DNA of 60,072 nt, filler included, from Catajapyx aquilonaris (taxonomy: Eukaryota): assembly GCA_000934665.2 (NCBI GenBank). It is 4 parts of 4 records of this genome, joined end to end, with 100 filler letters (N's around TTAATTAATTAA, not from the genome) between each part and the next. Parts side by side here need not be neighbours in the genome. Positions count along the whole stretch, not along the records: positions 1 to 14,952 come from JYFJ02007649.1; 3 more parts are not named here. One strand, given 5' to 3'. The notes beneath the pieces are model-generated. The model worked only from the letters and a program-made list of their open reading frames with translations, did not search any database and had not been told where the DNA came from. Positions 1-13,772 of this stretch are shown in pieces (the first letter of the stretch is position 1; the number at the start of each line of letters is the position of its first letter). The position numbers and the translations under genes are program-made.

Positions 1-550
1 AGGAAAATCAATGTAGTTATAAATACATATCTAAATACCAAGAAGTATTTAAATACGTATTTAAATACATTTGTATTTAAATACTGCCCATCCCTGGAAT
101 CACCGAATCCATGAATATACTTGTATATACGTAAAGCTTATTTTAGCTGAAATTTCCATAGCGGCAAGCAATTTTTTGTCACTAATCTGCTTATTATTAA
201 GCAGTAACTTTCTAACAGTAACTTCCTGGAATTTTCAAGTACAGGTATTACCTGCTAGTATTCGGTTGAATTCATTAATGCCCGAAATACAGGAATTTTT
301 GAGTCAAAGTTGCTACAATATTTTTATTTTCCAGCCAAACCTGCTGACCTAACTGGTACCATCGGCATATGCCGTTGAATTCGGCTATTTAGAATTAATT
401 ACGAATATCCTGGTAATTATTAAGGTTATATAAATAACTGGACCATCCTGTGCTTCAGGTGACCCATGTAGCAAAGGAGGATGGTTGTTGGCATAGCTCA
501 CAGGATGACCACCCCATTGCGTAAGTGTGTAACCTGAACATGATGTCATT

Positions 551-667
551 GGGTGGAATTTTCGTCGTACTACTAGTTACTTTTAACTTAGCAGTACCAG
601 TGTAATGTAACGGTACTGCTAAGTTAAAAGTAACTAAGTATAGTACAGTACGACGAAAATTCCACCC
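551..667. mobile_element. Short palindromic MITE (GGGTGGAA termini, 3-bp flanking duplication)
   Basis: gggtggaattttcgtcgtact...agtacgacgaaaattccaccc flanked by att/att; same termini as 35813-35984. Confidence 0.7.
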
Positions 668-3600
668 ATTATCTCCGTAATGTTTTTTGAAAATTTCGAC
701 TTTTCGTCTTGGAATATTTCACGGAACCGATATGCCCGATAAAAATTACGCACCTTTCCCACCACTCTTTATGCCTCACCCATATTGTCATACATGGCAT
801 AATGATTCATCGACACGATATCACAATTACGTCCTTTTTTTCCATCCCAATGTAAGACCTCCTCACGTTTTCCCCAATAATTCAAGCTTTACTTAGAGCG
901 ACTCCTGGGTATTAAAATATGGTGATACACTGACTATTCGACAAAATCACGTCAGACAGTGACGAATAGCTAACAGGCAGCCATAAAGCACAGCATGCGA
1001 AGTCCTATCAGCAAGAAACTCCAATCAATCCCGCTGGGAGCCAAAAGAAAATGAATGAAAGGGAAGCCAAATAGCTTTGGTTATTACCGGCTAGCCATTC
1101 GGATGCTGGAAGATAACGGCTGGAAAAATAGTCCAGGTTGTATAGGAAGCCTTGGGGGACCTCCCGAAAGGGATAAGATTTACGTCTGCTGTGGGAAGCT
1201 AACAAGAAGCCCGAAAGAAGCCCATCCCAAGGGGAGGAGGGCTTTTCAGGTGGCTTCTTTCTGTGTACATTGACCATCCATGTCCCCCCCCCCCCCCCTG
1301 TTTTTTTGTCTGCTTTATTCTGGCTGGCTTTAGTGGCTATAAAAAAGAATGCGGTTCATATGGCTATTGGAGGGATGCCAAGCGCCATGGTAGGTAGGAG
1401 GAGATTTGGACCTTTTGGGTATTGGACCCGGGACCATTTGGACACATCCAGGCCTCTATTGGTCCAACAGACGCCATGTTGCTCCCTTCCCTCCAATACC
1501 GGAGACTCGCCGCCGGATTTTATGACCCTCGTTTATGGAAGGAAGCCTGGGATTTTAGAGGCGGCAACCATCCAGGGGATATACACGACTAATCCCCAAA
1601 CCTGCCTCATATTCTCTCATTAGCTTTTCACGAGCAGCTCCTCTGGATTTCCACAGGCTAATTACTCCGACGCGTTATGCAATTTCCAATCCCAGCGCTG
1701 TGACTCGACTATAAGCTTGCATAAATCCAGAGGCGTGTGTCTGGCATCGAGCAATAATTTAAGCCCTATCGTGCGTTCAAAATCGTCTAGGTTCNGGGGG
1801 GGGGGGGCAATCTGATTTCTTTAATTCAGTATAAGTTGAGCGAAAAAGGGCGGGCTATATGTGCAAGCGAATGTTTATTACGGTACGGATTACTCGCCAG
1901 CAATAAATTTTACATCCTGGCGTGTCATCCTATATACACGACACTAAACTCACAATCTGCAGGGCGGGGGTGGAAGAATGAGAAAAGGACATGAAAGGGA
2001 ATTATCCCAACAAAATTGACAACACAAAGAGCCCTTGAGTTGTGACCAAAGTTGGCTTCCTCCAAGCTTCCTATATACAGTATTGCCATCAATTTATTTT
2101 TTATGTCGGATCAGAGGGTATAAAGTTGGCCAAACGACTGCGAGTTGGAAAGCCATTGCACAGCACTATCCTATAATACATATATAGAGACTACTTAGAT
2201 GTAAGCTGCAGTGTATGCTGACCATAAACCAATAGCTAAAAGTCTCATAAATGGTGCACATTCAAATGAACATGCTTCAAAACAAAATAAGTATCATATT
2301 TTAATATGTAAAACATTGATACGTGCGAATTGAAGGTAGGACCTGAATTACTCTCTCATACTTTCAGTAATTTTTGCTACTCTCTATTTCAAGTAGGACC
2401 CAATACTTATTGGATGAAATCCTTTCAAATAACTCACATACTATCAGTCAGTCAATATTGTTAGAGCAGTTTATTCGTTGATATAAGTTAAATCAATATT
2501 TCACAATCGACGGAAAAGTTACCCCGTACTGTACGTGTTCAACGTTGATTGAGCGAGTCGAGGAAATTTTTTTAACTCAAAATTGGTTGACCTGGGTGTT
2601 ATCTCAAGTGTTTCCGCAGTGAAGACCACGCAACGAGTAATGTAATAAATTATAACTTAGCAAGTTAAACAGAATAATAATATTATAGCTACAATGTATA
2701 CAAGGTATATTCATATACACAATTATACATACAAACGCTCAAGGTAATTGGATCGTGCAGGTCCAAGTTCAATTATCTCTGCGGGTGTTCTGACAGCAGG
2801 TACTAATTTAAGACATGACCACACAGAGAAAGGATCATGCTCCAAACAACACATTACCCGGATGTTTGCATACATCGTTGCTCACATGATTATAATGGTG
2901 CCTAAGTGGAAAGCTTGTGAATGTATCGGAATAGTCATCAGGACAATTCGGTTATATCTCGGTGACACATCTATGCCGTCATGGATGACAGAACAAACGC
3001 TTTTCCTTCCTCGCACCTACCACCCCCATGCTACCTGCATATTAAATCCGATTGACGCCAATGCATAATAATTATTCGGGCCTCCAGGAGAGCATATCAC
3101 TGCCCCTGTGACGATGCTTCCTATTCCGCCTATTCAGTATACAGTATGACTCCTGTGTGCCACCTGATTTCAGTCACGTACCTACCGCGCCATGTGACTC
3201 ACCTGGATCTTTTAGCGTCATCATTGTTTTGTATCAAAACACATAAAAGTAAGAGCTTTTTCATGATAACAAGCTATTTGCACGGTTTTATTCATCTTTC
3301 CCCAGCAGGTGATTATTTTCAGGTGACTTATAGTGCGCATACAGGCAAGAAGTGACCTCTACACTTGTGCAGGACATTATTATTAACGGTAGGCTCTATA
3401 TTTCTAGTCCATAATCGTTAAAAATTCTACAGAAAGTCTTCCTAGTTGCAACTGATATAACTAAATCATATACGATAATAATACTTATATGAACGGAGAG
3501 CAACTTGTTACCGGTTACCAACCAATATATAGTAAATATGCTGAGAACACACCTAAATAATATCTTAACGGGGTCATAACAACCCGTTTCTTGCTCGCAA

Positions 3601-3821
3601 TATGCCGCTATTATATCCGATAAATTAGTTCCATAAATTCAAAAAACGAATACTGAAGGTTTATAAAATTGACTCCCGCATTTATTATTTCATTGGCCCG
3701 ACTCCACTTCAGATATAAACTAATGCAATGTTATAGGAACAATGCAGCGTGTTTCTAATTAAATTCCCAGTAGTAGTTAGCCACTTTCGCCACCAATTTG
3801 ATCATTATTAAGCGAAATAAT

Positions 3822-4106
3822 AATAATAATTCATACCCCGTTATCAGCCTTTTTCAGCTCTTTAGGGGGGAAGTCTTTCTTTTGCCTGGAACTCTTTGCT
3901 TTCATTTTACTGCACTTTTTGGGATGGGATAGGGACGGAAGGAAGCAGCTGTGGCCTGTTAATTACGGAAACAACTCCGGAATTTTCCTGGAAGGACCGT
4001 GGGAAACCACAGAAAACCACGGTCAGAGTTGCCGGCCCCGAAATTTGATCCCAGGACCTCCCGATTAGCAGTCGGACGCCTTATCTACTATGCCAACCTG
4101 CTTCGG
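3822..4106 (-). mobile_element. tRNA-derived SINE (head A, tail X)
   Basis: tRNA-like head on the minus strand and an (ATT)n tail; 16-bp TSD tattaagcgaaataat at 3806-3821 and 4107-4122; near-identical to 16005-16303 and 45103-45227. Confidence 0.88.
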
Positions 4107-6368
4107 TATTAAGCGAAATAATGCTTTCATGCAGTTTACTTTCATCGGTTATTTTTAATGTTAGCTGCTGGTGTCGTTATATTGAATGAAAGAATTCATG
4201 CAGGGGATTTCCTGAAAGAGTTTAAAATGATGCATCTATTCGACCTCACACCAGTATTAACAGCTAATATTTTTTGAAAATTCTGAAAGTGTATGTTCCT
4301 AACGATAAACTGCATGAAAAAAGCTGCTTAGTGCCAAAACAATTGCCATCCACTCTAATTTATGGACAATTCAGTTGGAACACGATGTTTCAATAACGTG
4401 CAATTTCTAAGAATATACTATGAATAGGACATTTTAACACAATATTTACTCATTAATATTATAGGACAAGTAATATCTTACATAATTATACGAGTATGAA
4501 TTCTTCACTGAATTCCACCGCCGATACCGCGGCCTATAAGGTTAGCCAGCATTTCTGTGGGATGCCCGAAGCGAGGGTCAACAACGAGTGGCCTACGGTG
4601 CATTTTACTTTATTTTTGTTGCAAAGCCAATTACTGTATGTCTTGCTAGTTGTTAACGTACTACGGTATATACCTACACACCTTTAATCCGAGGTGCACT
4701 GTCTCCCAGTCCACATAACGGGCCAGATATTATATGATAGTCGGTTTTCTGCCTTGCACAATGCACATTCAACACAATATACAAGGCACTCGTTCAACTG
4801 TTATGAGTGTGTCATAAATCATCTCCCAGAGCCTCCTCATTTTCCTAAACATACCCACAAGCCTTGGTTCTAAATCTCCAGATGGAAATGCCATGTGACA
4901 ATATTACTGCCCCTGGAAACAAAAAAGCGAAGACCCCCCACACAACTATTTCCGGTAAACCCATCATCGGTGCAAGGCAGAAACAGTAGGCCTTGAGCCA
5001 CAGGGTGTGAAGGATGTGTCACCGGGTATAGGGGAGATTCCGCACGCTGAATGGCCGGAAACGTCCGTTTTGTTTTCCGTACAGGTACATACTTTTAGAG
5101 GTCAGAGGCTAACAGTCACGCGACGAAAACAATGAATCGGCATTCTAGTGATCTGTGAGAGGCGTTAAGGTTGTTAACTGACATACTGGCGGAGGTTGTA
5201 CAGCAGCGACAACAAATTGAGGTAAATCATACTCAGATCTTGGCTTCAAAGTGAGTAAATTTTTGCCAGTAATTGTGATAAGTCGTTCATGTATGTCGTA
5301 TGGTGCTATGCAACTATCAGTATATTCGCCCAAGATTAAGTCTGCCAAAAAATATAATTAATAATAAAAAGCAGAGCATAATGGTTGATGGTTGCATAGT
5401 GCCATCAAGTTAGTTTTGTCCGAATTTTTGCTGACAGATAATACCTCGTTTAATTATTTTTATGGCCTCATGCTACCTGCATGTTAACACTCTAACTGCA
5501 CAATGCCATGGCTAGAAGAAGTAGATTTATTCGTTTACAAGATGCATCTGCTGAGAACTCAAGAATTTTCCAAAAAGAATATTTTAATATTACACGCTCG
5601 ATGAACGTCTCTCTTTACCTATCTCACAAAATAGTACAATATCATATCCATGTATGGAGTAAAAAATCTGGCATAACTTGTTGCTCGGCATGTTATGAGG
5701 ATTCTTTGAGAGACAATCTTCTATTCTGACTTTTTGTTTGTGTTTTGTTTGTTTGGGATTTTATAAATGAAAAAAGGAAGAAAGGTGTGAAAGGCATGAT
5801 AGTGTAAGATCAAAGACTATAATATAATACTGGAATGTCGTGACATTACAATATTAATACCTACTACATATTCAATTTGTTTATTTGTGGGTCTACATTT
5901 CAGCATTTAACAAGTCTCTGCTATAAGGGATATTATTTCAGGTATTCTCGGTGACACACCCTTGATAAAGTCATACTCTATAGCACGCTGTATGCAATCC
6001 CGATAAGAAATAAATGTCAACATAATAATCGCCCTGTATCGGGTAAAAATAGGCAAAACCTAATTTTCGTTTCATACTGCCAAGTAATATATTATTACGG
6101 TACAATACTTTCAGCTGCTGTGTGTAACTATTTCAGTGCAGCAATGAGTCAGGATAGTTACTGTATTTTCATGTAGGCTAACTGATGACTTTACAATTTT
6201 TATGAAGTATCTATTTAAATATGAATTTTAGGTAGACCTATACTACCAAACAATTATTTTAAGCGTTACTTTTTAATAAAGTAATAAATTGGGTTACATT
6301 CTCTGCACTCGTAGCCGAATATAAAATAATTGTCGGCTCTCGTATGGATGTGCAAATTGTAAATGTAT

Positions 6369-9300
6369 ATGAATCCTTACAGGATATTGGAGCTCTTTCC
6401 TGGTAATTCATATCCTCAAGATCAAGAATATAACTCTTCTGTATACAATGTGGAATTTAATAGAAAAATATTCAGCGAGCATTATCCTAATAATTGTGAC
6501 CAGTAGCAGCCTAACTCAACAGCAGACGCTTAGTAGAGTACGAAGACAAGGTTAGTAACATTGTAATAACATGTGGCAGTCGTGTGCTAATCACTTTCAT
6601 GGGGAATTCAAGATAGAACAGGGTAATCCAAAATGCCTATGCGATTGTTGTTGCGATTTTTCGCTTATTATTAGGCAATTGCATTGGAATGATTAGCCCT
6701 ACCTTCATCAAACCTATTGGTTGCTAATATTATCAGGTTGCAATGACCCATCCTTTTAACACGTTAAATGGGGTCTGAGCTAGGCAAAATGCTATAGCGT
6801 TGTCATCTCCAAGCATAAATCCATTACAATTCAGAGCTTGAATATGTGATGCAATTCGGCCTAATATTAGCAGCTAATATTAATATTTTCTTTCCAGTAC
6901 TTGTCAATAATACGTTACTTTTCGAAACTGATGGAGAAGATCTGAAAAGAAAATATTGCCGAGAAAAATATTTACTGACATAAAATTTTGATTGTTATTT
7001 GTCCGCTAAGGTGTCGAAAATTTAGAAGATAAATCTCGTTGGAGTGTTCAGGTCTCTAATATAGTTTGGAGGAAATGAAATACTTATAATTATGATCATC
7101 CGGCTGTATATATACTTTTATTTGAGCTTTGAAAAACTCCTGAACCACTTATTCTTAGAGGATATTTTGTACGTGCAAACCTCGAAACCCAATATGCTAC
7201 TCTAAATGCGAAGTAGGCTACTCATATTTTTCAGTTCACCCGATTGTACAGTACGTTCTATCTATTGGAGCCATTTTTATTTTATTATCAATATTTTCAC
7301 TAAACTGCCTCCTTGTTTATACAGAACCTTTATATGGTAGCCGATGTGAAACACCGACTGGTCAACTAGGCATATGCGTACCTCCACCAATCTGTCCTGA
7401 TATAGTACGCCTTCGCTACAGCAATCTCAACCCATTAGTTAGCAGCAGTTACCTCCGACAAGCCACATGCTCCCTAGGACCTGCAGGCTTTCTGATGTGC
7501 TGCACCACGCCCTATCCAGCCCCATATTCCATCCCGGTGCCCTACCTACCCCCTAACCCTTTGCCCATACCACCACAATTCCCACAACAAATACCGCCAA
7601 ACCCACCATCATTTCCGAAACCTCCGCTGAACCCGGCTCAATTTCCGCAACCTCCGAATCGAGTTCCGCAACCGCCGAATCGAGTTCCGCAACCGCCGGC
7701 AGTGCCGCAACCCAACGCCGGCGACGACCTTCTTCCCACGGAATGCGGTCGTTCCTTTGTCAGCAGGATTGTTGGAGGGGAAAACAGTCAGGTTGTCTAA
7801 TAGGACAATGACCGGCCTCGAGCACGTGTAAAGAACTTAATATGTACTTATATTGCAGGCAGGAAGATGGCCATGGATGGCGGCTTTGGGTGCGAGCCAG
7901 TCGGATGGCAGCTTTGTTCTAATATGTGGAGGAACACTAATTACCGAGAGGCATATCCTCAGTGCGGCACATTGTTTTACTCCTGCCAGCGGCGTGTGAG
8001 TGCTTATTCACATCTTACAACCCTTTTGCATCAGGCCATAAGCAGCTGTTGCAGCTACTTCGCGAATCATGTTGAGTGTGACAACATTGGGTTACGTTCA
8101 AGGGGGTAATCACTTCGGTACTCCGGTGTACACCTGCAAGTGGTACTCCCAGGTACTCCTTAGGTACTTTACTCTTTGGTACTCCTTGGTACTCTTTGAA
8201 TTAGGTACTCCAGTGTACACTTTTCAGTCGAGTGGTTACCCCCTTGGTTACGTTATTGTGGGACTTAGTGGTTGCCCAACACTAATGGTTCCAGATTGAA
8301 AATAGTATCGCCGACAGGTCACTTCACGCGGACATCAGCAGAATAGACTCTAACATTACTTACTAACGACATCATATGTAAACGGGCCTTAGGTGTTAAC
8401 ACCAATTTTGTTTCAGATACTCATAACAGAAGACCGTCAAAATATTCCTAGAATGTCTGACACCAACAGAATCCTATTTCTGAACGTTATATTTGGATAT
8501 TAGTTTGTATATAGTGACCTTTATTCTGTCGTGTTCTAAAAGACTAGACACTACTGTATAGTGTAGTGTGCCCTATAGGGGCTTCAGCTCCGGGGTTCCC
8601 AAGGGAGGTGTGACAGCAAAAAGTTTAAGAATCATTGCTCTACAGCAATGTACGTATTCAGAATCTGTTGTTTGCAGCGGTTAGCGATTTTTTGCATTAA
8701 CATATGCTATAGTTTTTAAGCAGTTACTTTGGTACAGATATACTTTTAGACTTGACCATAAATTTGTTTATAGTATTATAGGACGAACTGACACATCCAA
8801 TCAGTGCAGTTGATATGTGGCATTTAAAAAAAAAAAAAATCTTCCGGCTGTTCACCTCGTATGCCAGTTGGTCAAAAGTGATAACTAGCAACGTTTAAGT
8901 TTGGATAATAATAGCAATTTAGGGCCTGAAACTGAATGCTTTCATTTAACCCAATAATAGCAGCTAATTTTTGATAACTAATAATAGCGACAATTGAAAA
9001 GTAACTGCTTAGTGTTCATCATTAGATGCCAAGACTATCGCTGACACTTCAGCTGTGTAATAATGGTTTTTCAAAACAGGCGACAAGTACGAGTGGGAGC
9101 AGTGGACCTAAATGACAGAAGGGAAGGGAATGATTTCAACATCGACAAGGTTGCCATACACGAGGAGTACAATAACAGGACTATGCAGAACGACATCGCC
9201 CTCGTCACTCTATCCAACCCGGTTGTGTACTCGAGTAAGTTTGGCATCATATTATTATTGATTTATGATATCGCCGATATTTATCACAAGTGCTACAAAA

Positions 9301-12300
9301 AGTGCTAGCTGTATACTATTGACGACTGTCAGGGAATTTTGGAGAATGTTTTTTTCGTGGTTAGCGGTTATATTTTTGGCACTGTACATAAGATGCCGAA
9401 CTTAGTTGTTCCTTTGGAATGCTATAAGTTCAGTGGTTATCAAAAGCAGTGTTAGCTGCTCATATTATTAGGTTGTGTGGGTACATTCTTTATTAAGGTT
9501 TGTCTGCAAGGGGGTCTGTCTGGCCTGTCATTCAAGTTCGATGTCAATTGTTCCAATGGGACAGTCTCAATCGAAAATTAATTGCAATTCAGAGCATGAA
9601 TGGATGATCCAATTCGTTGTCATATTAGCAGCTAATGCCTTTGATAATAATCAACATAAGTAACAATTCAGAAGAAACTCATTCAAAAATAATCAGTTTA
9701 GTCAAAAATCTAGCTAGCCACGATGGTGATTTCAATCAGAACACACTGAAGCTTACTAGTTACTATACAGTAATACACTATGCTAAGGACACCGTCTAGG
9801 CCTCAGCAATGTTCGTATTGCATACCTGTTAAAATGACATCAACTTGCAGTAGTTACAGCTTTGTCTTCTGATTATAATATAAAATATTCAGTATTACTG
9901 TCATCACACGGCGTATTCTAAAGTTTGCGCAATACTTGAAACTGTTTATCAGGCTGTTTATATCCTGCATTTGCATTAGTATAGACGCCACTTGTAGGCT
10001 ACTGCACTGAGGAAATCGCACCAAACCTTCAATAGCGTCAGGTGAATGGATAACGATAAACATTCCTGATGGTGACAATTATACCCAGGCTCCGTTTGAG
10101 TTGGTTGGTTGATTGATTATAGGAAGAGCCAAAGCAACTATGGCTATCTGGCTATATCAGGCACACAGGTGGTACAGCTGGAGACAGAAGCGAAAAGAAG
10201 AAAGGGTGGGAGCAAACCAGTATCCGTAGTGAGGTAGGGGGACCAATAATTAGGAGGAGGGTCTTGCCCCTGTTGCCATATATACTGTATTACAGTCCGG
10301 GGAAGAATAAATTACTCACCTTTAGCTGGCTAAAAGTAGTCTCCAAATCAGAGTTGCCTGATGACTTTTCGTAGTATAGACCCGGGCAATATGTTGAAAG
10401 CACCGTGTGTATCAGCTTGTGAGTTCACATCAGTGTCGTCGGGAATGTCACTTACTATTGTAGTAGGCCAACTGTAACACTGCAGTGGAAGCGTTTACGT
10501 TAAATAGCAGAAAAATGCATATTAGAGAGTACAAGCTGCTCATATATATTTATTTATATATGTCGTAGCCCCATAGCGAAATTGGGCACTTCATGAAATG
10601 TCTACTGAAATTGGACACATGCTGCAGTGCAATCTCCCGTGAAGAATAATTAGAGCATGTGCCCAGAAATATTGGACTCTTCTGGCTGTATTGGAGTGGC
10701 AGCTGAGCAAAACCAGAAGGTGTGGAGGGCATCAGGAGATGCAGAGTGCCTCTCCATACCATACCTGCCCTGGACTATACCCTTTGGCTCAAGAGTCAGG
10801 ACCAACTCCATTGACTTCCAGACATTTCCTCCTCACATTTCGCCCAGACCTGCAGGTCATGGGCAGGTCTGGCCTGCACTCTGCATCTCCTGATGCCCTC
10901 CAGCACACCTTCTGGTTTTGCTCAGCTCCTCATGTACACTGCTGGGTAGATTCTGAATGTACGATATCAGTCCAACCCGTTGCTGACACTTCGCGAACAG
11001 TCTAATATTTCTGGGCACATGCTGTAATTCTTCACGGGAGATTGCACTACAGCATGTGCCCAATATATTTCAGTAGACATTTCAATGATTTCATGAAGTG
11101 CCCAATTTCGCTATGTGGCTACGACATATACACTACTTTAAAAAATGTACAACTTGTGAAGAAGAAAAAAAAGTAGTAGTTCAGTATTGGCAGGTATTGG
11201 TCATATATCGAGGCAATCGCCAGCGACATTTTCCGAAGCGGCAGAAGAAGGAATCTTGTTCGCCCGGCTTGTAAGTATGCTTATCTTCGATTCCTTCTTC
11301 TGCCGCTTCGGAAAATGTCGCTGGCAGTTGCCTCGATATATGACCAATAATACTGTTCAATCCTCAGCTGGTCTTCGGAGTAGATAAGAACCTTGAATCC
11401 AGCTGCAAGGACACAGGAAACCTTAATCCAGTGGTTTCCAACCTTTTACCAACTGCGACCCCCTAAACATGTTTCCATAAATGTGCGACCCCCCCCCCCC
11501 CCCCCCCCCCNCCCCCACGCCCCCCAAGCCCCTTCTACAACTGCCCCATTTCCAGAAAACATACACTCTGTATACGGCCGCAAAAATGGATCAATTTACA
11601 CAGAAATAGGAAGAAAAAAAAGTTTAACAAAGGCTCGCGACCCCGCGACCCCCAGGTTGGAAACCACTGCCTTAATCTAAGGCATGTCCACTCCAGTTAA
11701 ATCGACCAATCATTCTGTAAATGTAATAATAATATTATGAGTTCCAATTCTCACAAATGAACATACCAACAATAAATAAAGCTCATCAATCAATACACGC
11801 TGTTCTCCAACTTAGGATTTTGGCACTCCAAGTAAATGAAAATGAATAATTGAAACTTGCTCAATTTAACTTCACCTCAATAATCCAAAAAATGAGAATA
11901 CTTGCATACGCATATGCTCCAGGTAATTAAACTCAACAATACGAACCAATCAAATGGAACAGAACACACTCTCAGTAACTAATCGTAATGATACAACCGA
12001 AGCAGTAGCAGTAGTGGTGGAGTGGATATGGTGTCCGACTGCTAATCGGGAGGTCCTGGGTTCGAGTCCCGGAGGCCGGCGATTCTGACCTTGGTTTTCT
12101 GTGGTTTTCCAAGGTCGCCCCAGGAAAAATTCCGGGATCGTACCGTAAAATAGGCCACAGCCTCCTCCTTCCTTTCCATGCCCTAAAGGAGGTGCGGCGT
12201 CGGTGGAGGAGTTTCCGACCCGCATCTAGGGGTCATCTTGGCGAACGGGCCCCCTGAGGGACTGCACACGACCCCCAACTTGATGACATTGCACATGCAC

Positions 12301-12996
12301 CAGTGTCCCCCACCCCCGTCATTATCCCTACCCTGTCCCCTGCACTGATGGTGGTATTCCACTCCCCTAAGGGGGCCTAGGGCCCTAGTTTGTGTAGACT
12401 GAGTGGGGTCTATCAACCTTCTTCTTTTTGGCTCGATGCGTGAAGCAGTGAGGAAAACAGTAGGAGCAAAAAAGAGAGAGAAAATATAGTGATGGAAAAA
12501 TGGTTCCACTCCCCTAAAGGAGCATTGTCTCCCAATGGGGCAAGTAAAATAATAAAGAAAAATTAATAAATTTAATAAACAATGTACATATTCAACCAAT
12601 CTGCAGTAGGATAATACAGTATAATTTGGCACGCGCGATTGGGGCTACATGGATACTTGAAACGCATGTATAATAATTAGAGAACTTACCGTGGTAAAAA
12701 GGATGCTATCCTGTGTTTTTAGCTCATTAAATGACCTCTACAATAACGGTGCGGCGTAAGCAATTCACTAAAGCACTTAAAGGTTAGGTGATGACAGGAA
12801 GCAATAAAAATAATCATAAGCAAAAATTTTACTGATACCAATATGAGCTGACTTTTGTTACGCATGAGAATATGGTGCTTATCAATATTTTCCTTTGCAG
12901 ATACAATTAGACCGGTGTGTTTACCCCTGGACTTAGCCAACGTGAATTTGGCAGGCAGAAGTGCTACTGTTCTTGGATGGGGATCTGGCTCATTCC
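6369..12996 (+). CDS. Clip-domain serine protease (proclotting-enzyme/prophenoloxidase-cascade type), multi-exon, 3'-truncated at the end of the piece
   Basis: Hand-spliced GT-AG exons with consistent phases. Signal region 6369-6402 + 6476-6550 (MNPYRILELFPASIILIIVTSSSLTQQQTLSRVRRQ; alternative start ATG 6448 without the small intron). 7325-7791: clip domain CETPTGQLGICVPPPICPDIV...CSLGPAGFLMCC, Pro-rich linker, ECGRSFVSR/IVGGENSQ. 7859-7995: GRWPWMAAL...CGGTLITERHILSAAHC (catalytic His). 9080-9234: RVGAVDL...HEEYNNRTMQNDIALVTL (catalytic Asp). 12901-12996: IRPVCLP...ATVLGWG. The catalytic-Ser exon is not in the window. Confidence 0.93.
7504..7719 (+). repeat. Pro-rich low-complexity coding linker with repeated QPPNRVP units
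   Basis: Translation PYPAPYSIPVPYLPPNPLPIPPQFPQQIPPNPPSFPKPPLNPAQFPQPPNRVPQPPNRVPQPPAVPQP lies between the clip and protease domains; the 21-nt unit caacc(t/g)ccgaatcgagttccg is tandemly duplicated. Confidence 0.85.
10561..11126. mobile_element. Foldback MITE in a protease intron
   Basis: Long imperfect inverted arms tgtcgtagcc..atagcgaaattgggcacttcatgaaat... / ...atttcatgaagtgcccaatttcgctat..ggctacgaca, flanked by TATA. Confidence 0.8.
11182..11355. mobile_element. Palindromic MITE related to 23401-23674
   Basis: tattggtcatatatcgaggcaa...gcgacattttccgaagcggcagaagaaggaatc and its reverse complement at ~11289-11350. Confidence 0.72.
11429..11669. mobile_element. hAT-type non-autonomous element
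   Basis: TIR cagtggtttccaacct / aggttggaaaccactg; perfect 8-bp TSD ccttaatc at 11421-11428 and 11670-11677. Confidence 0.88.
11997..12575 (+). mobile_element. Composite tRNA-derived SINE (head A joined to the family-B body and tail Y)
   Basis: The 5' part matches 16005-16190 (gactgctaatcgggaggtcctgggttcga...tggttttctgtggttt). The 3' part (gacattgcac..gcacc; ttccactcccctaaaggagc...ctcccaatgggg) matches 26524-26885 and 28870-29208. A-rich end. Confidence 0.75.
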
Positions 12997-13772
12997 GTAA
13001 GTGCTCTATTGATCATAATTATTATAGTTACGATTCTTGTTACTGGTGGCACAATGTGAAACAGTAATCGCCTCTGATTGCCAGCGAATTTATAAGCAAA
13101 GGTGATGGCCAACTCGCCAGATACAGGATTGGTCACACAAATATATGTCCAAATGTTCCCTGGAATTGTGGTGGCGGATGTTTTGTCAGTCATTACGTCG
13201 ATAATTCCAATTAATTTTAGCAGGAAACGGTGCATGTAACAGAACTACAGAAGTAACCTAGTCAGTTTCGAACTCGGGAGGTCCACTGGTGCAAATCCAG
13301 ATTAAATGGCAACAAGACTACAAGAGTGAATGAATTATTATTTTGTTCTGATGGCACCAAAGACAAAACACAGTAACGCACACGGTTGTTAGAGTATATC
13401 CTTCCTATTGTTGGACCGTCCGGCTAGTGGGTGGCGCTGGCGATTGGTGGAGGGAGAAAACGTCACGGTGAGGATAAATTTAATTCAAACTGGGATAGGG
13501 CTTTCCATGCAATGTCATGTACTTTACGTAATTATTTTCACACACTTCTAAGTGAGCTAAAAATTTGAGAATTGGCAGACCTGTAACCCAGACATCCAAG
13601 ACTACGTCAAATGTCCCGAATCACACATTTTCGCCCTGGGGCCGGCCCACGGGCGAAGGTTTTTAGGCAAGGCAAAAAGGGCACAATTCCCTTCTTGGCT
13701 AACCGAATGACACAAATTGGCACACTGAACACTGACATTGAACCACCGACAAACATACACAAATATTGTAAC

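Noticed and set aside
3990..4106. tRNA-like sequences (also near 12000, 16010, 22780, 26525, 29130 and 45150)
   Set aside because: They are SINE heads followed by a body, a tail and in several cases TSDs, not tRNA genes.
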